Of a stretch of 64,000 bases of DNA, positions 63,577 to 64,000 are shown piece by piece. The stretch is from the IMG/VR virus record IMGVR_UViG_3300044991_001466; one strand, given 5' to 3'. This DNA is from a virus (lineage: Duplodnaviria > Caudoviricetes). The notes under the pieces were generated by a model that searched no databases, was not told the DNA's origin, and worked only from the letters and a program-made list of their open reading frames with translations. Position 1 is the first letter of the stretch. Each line of letters starts with the position of its first letter. Position numbers and translations under genes: made by a program.

Positions 63577-64000
63577 AAAAACTAATCTCCATCATTGGGT
63601 TGTTCTTAATAACCTACACGTCATTTGGTCAACTGACCATTAATCAATCGTTCACTCCGACTTCAAATTTAAAAGTTGGTGACACTCTTTCGATAAAATA
63701 TACCGTTGATAGAGGTACAACAACACCAAGATATTTTTGGTTAAGGTATCAATTTAATAATAAGGCATTATCTTACGTTTCAACCGTATTTTCACAAGGA
63801 ACTTCGGTACAAACATTTTATACTGGTTGGACTGGATATAAATTTACACCAAGTACTGCAAATAGTATTACCGCCACAAGTTTATATGCACAATATTTAG
63901 TAAGTCCTTGGGGTTATGCGGCAAACGTAGATTGGAACGTTGGTCAATTAACAGTACAAAGAACTGACGCATCAATCAACGGAGATATTGCAACTCAAAA
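63573..64000 (+). CDS. secreted beta-rich (cohesin-like) protein, partial, runs off the window
   Basis: MKKLISIIGLFLITYTSFG-Q signal peptide; open to the window end. Confidence 0.7.
   Translation, partial: MKKLISIIGLFLITYTSFGQLTINQSFTPTSNLKVGDTLSIKYTVDRGTTTPRYFWLRYQFNNKALSYVSTVFSQGTSVQTFYTGWTGYKFTPSTANSITATSLYAQYLVSPWGYAANVDWNVGQLTVQRTDASINGDIATQ

Noticed and set aside
1-64000. Stop-codon reassignment
   Set aside because: Recognisable genes are full length in code 11, densely packed, and no suppressor tRNA is present.
1-64000. Prophage, DGR or retron
   Set aside because: No integrase, att pair, reverse transcriptase or TR/VR pair seen.

Overview
An AT-rich 64 kb segment of a very large lytic tailed phage (T4-like or 'huge phage' style). 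No host core genes, integrase, CRISPR or reverse transcriptase are visible, and genetic code 11 gives intact genes. The host is probably Bacteroidota: TAnnTTTG -7 promoter boxes, A-rich SD-poor translation starts and a GH19 endolysin. Layout: (1) 1-2.65 kb, a gene-poor region of inverted repeats, DnaA-box-like 9-mers and G/C tracts (candidate origin or terminus). (2) 3.6-33 kb and 42.6-48.9 kb, about 20 genes built as a conserved RTATTTATA late-type promoter plus a short N-terminal leader ending in [LI]xE plus a highly variable cargo (ART, ParB, PcfJ-like, C39-GNAT, minimal kinases, PCD, zincin, PG-binding, pre-toxin-TG-like domains). I interpret this as a modular capsid-targeting system for injected effectors, and it is the top finding. 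(3) Lysis genes. (4) A large glycan-modification arsenal: GT operon, SGNH hydrolases, sulfotransferase, nucleotide-sugar pathway with an AroE-like enzyme, 2OG-Fe(II) oxygenases. (5) A rich non-coding RNA set: tmRNA with a long tag, a ~0.85-0.95 kb GOLLD-like RNA, four tRNAs (Ile2/Met-CAU, Arg-UCU, Ser-UGA, Asp-GUC), a 150-nt tRNA-Asp-like RNA with a 79-nt variable arm, a 40-nt tRNA remnant and several unassigned structured RNAs. All family calls come from motif recognition by eye; no database searches were run.
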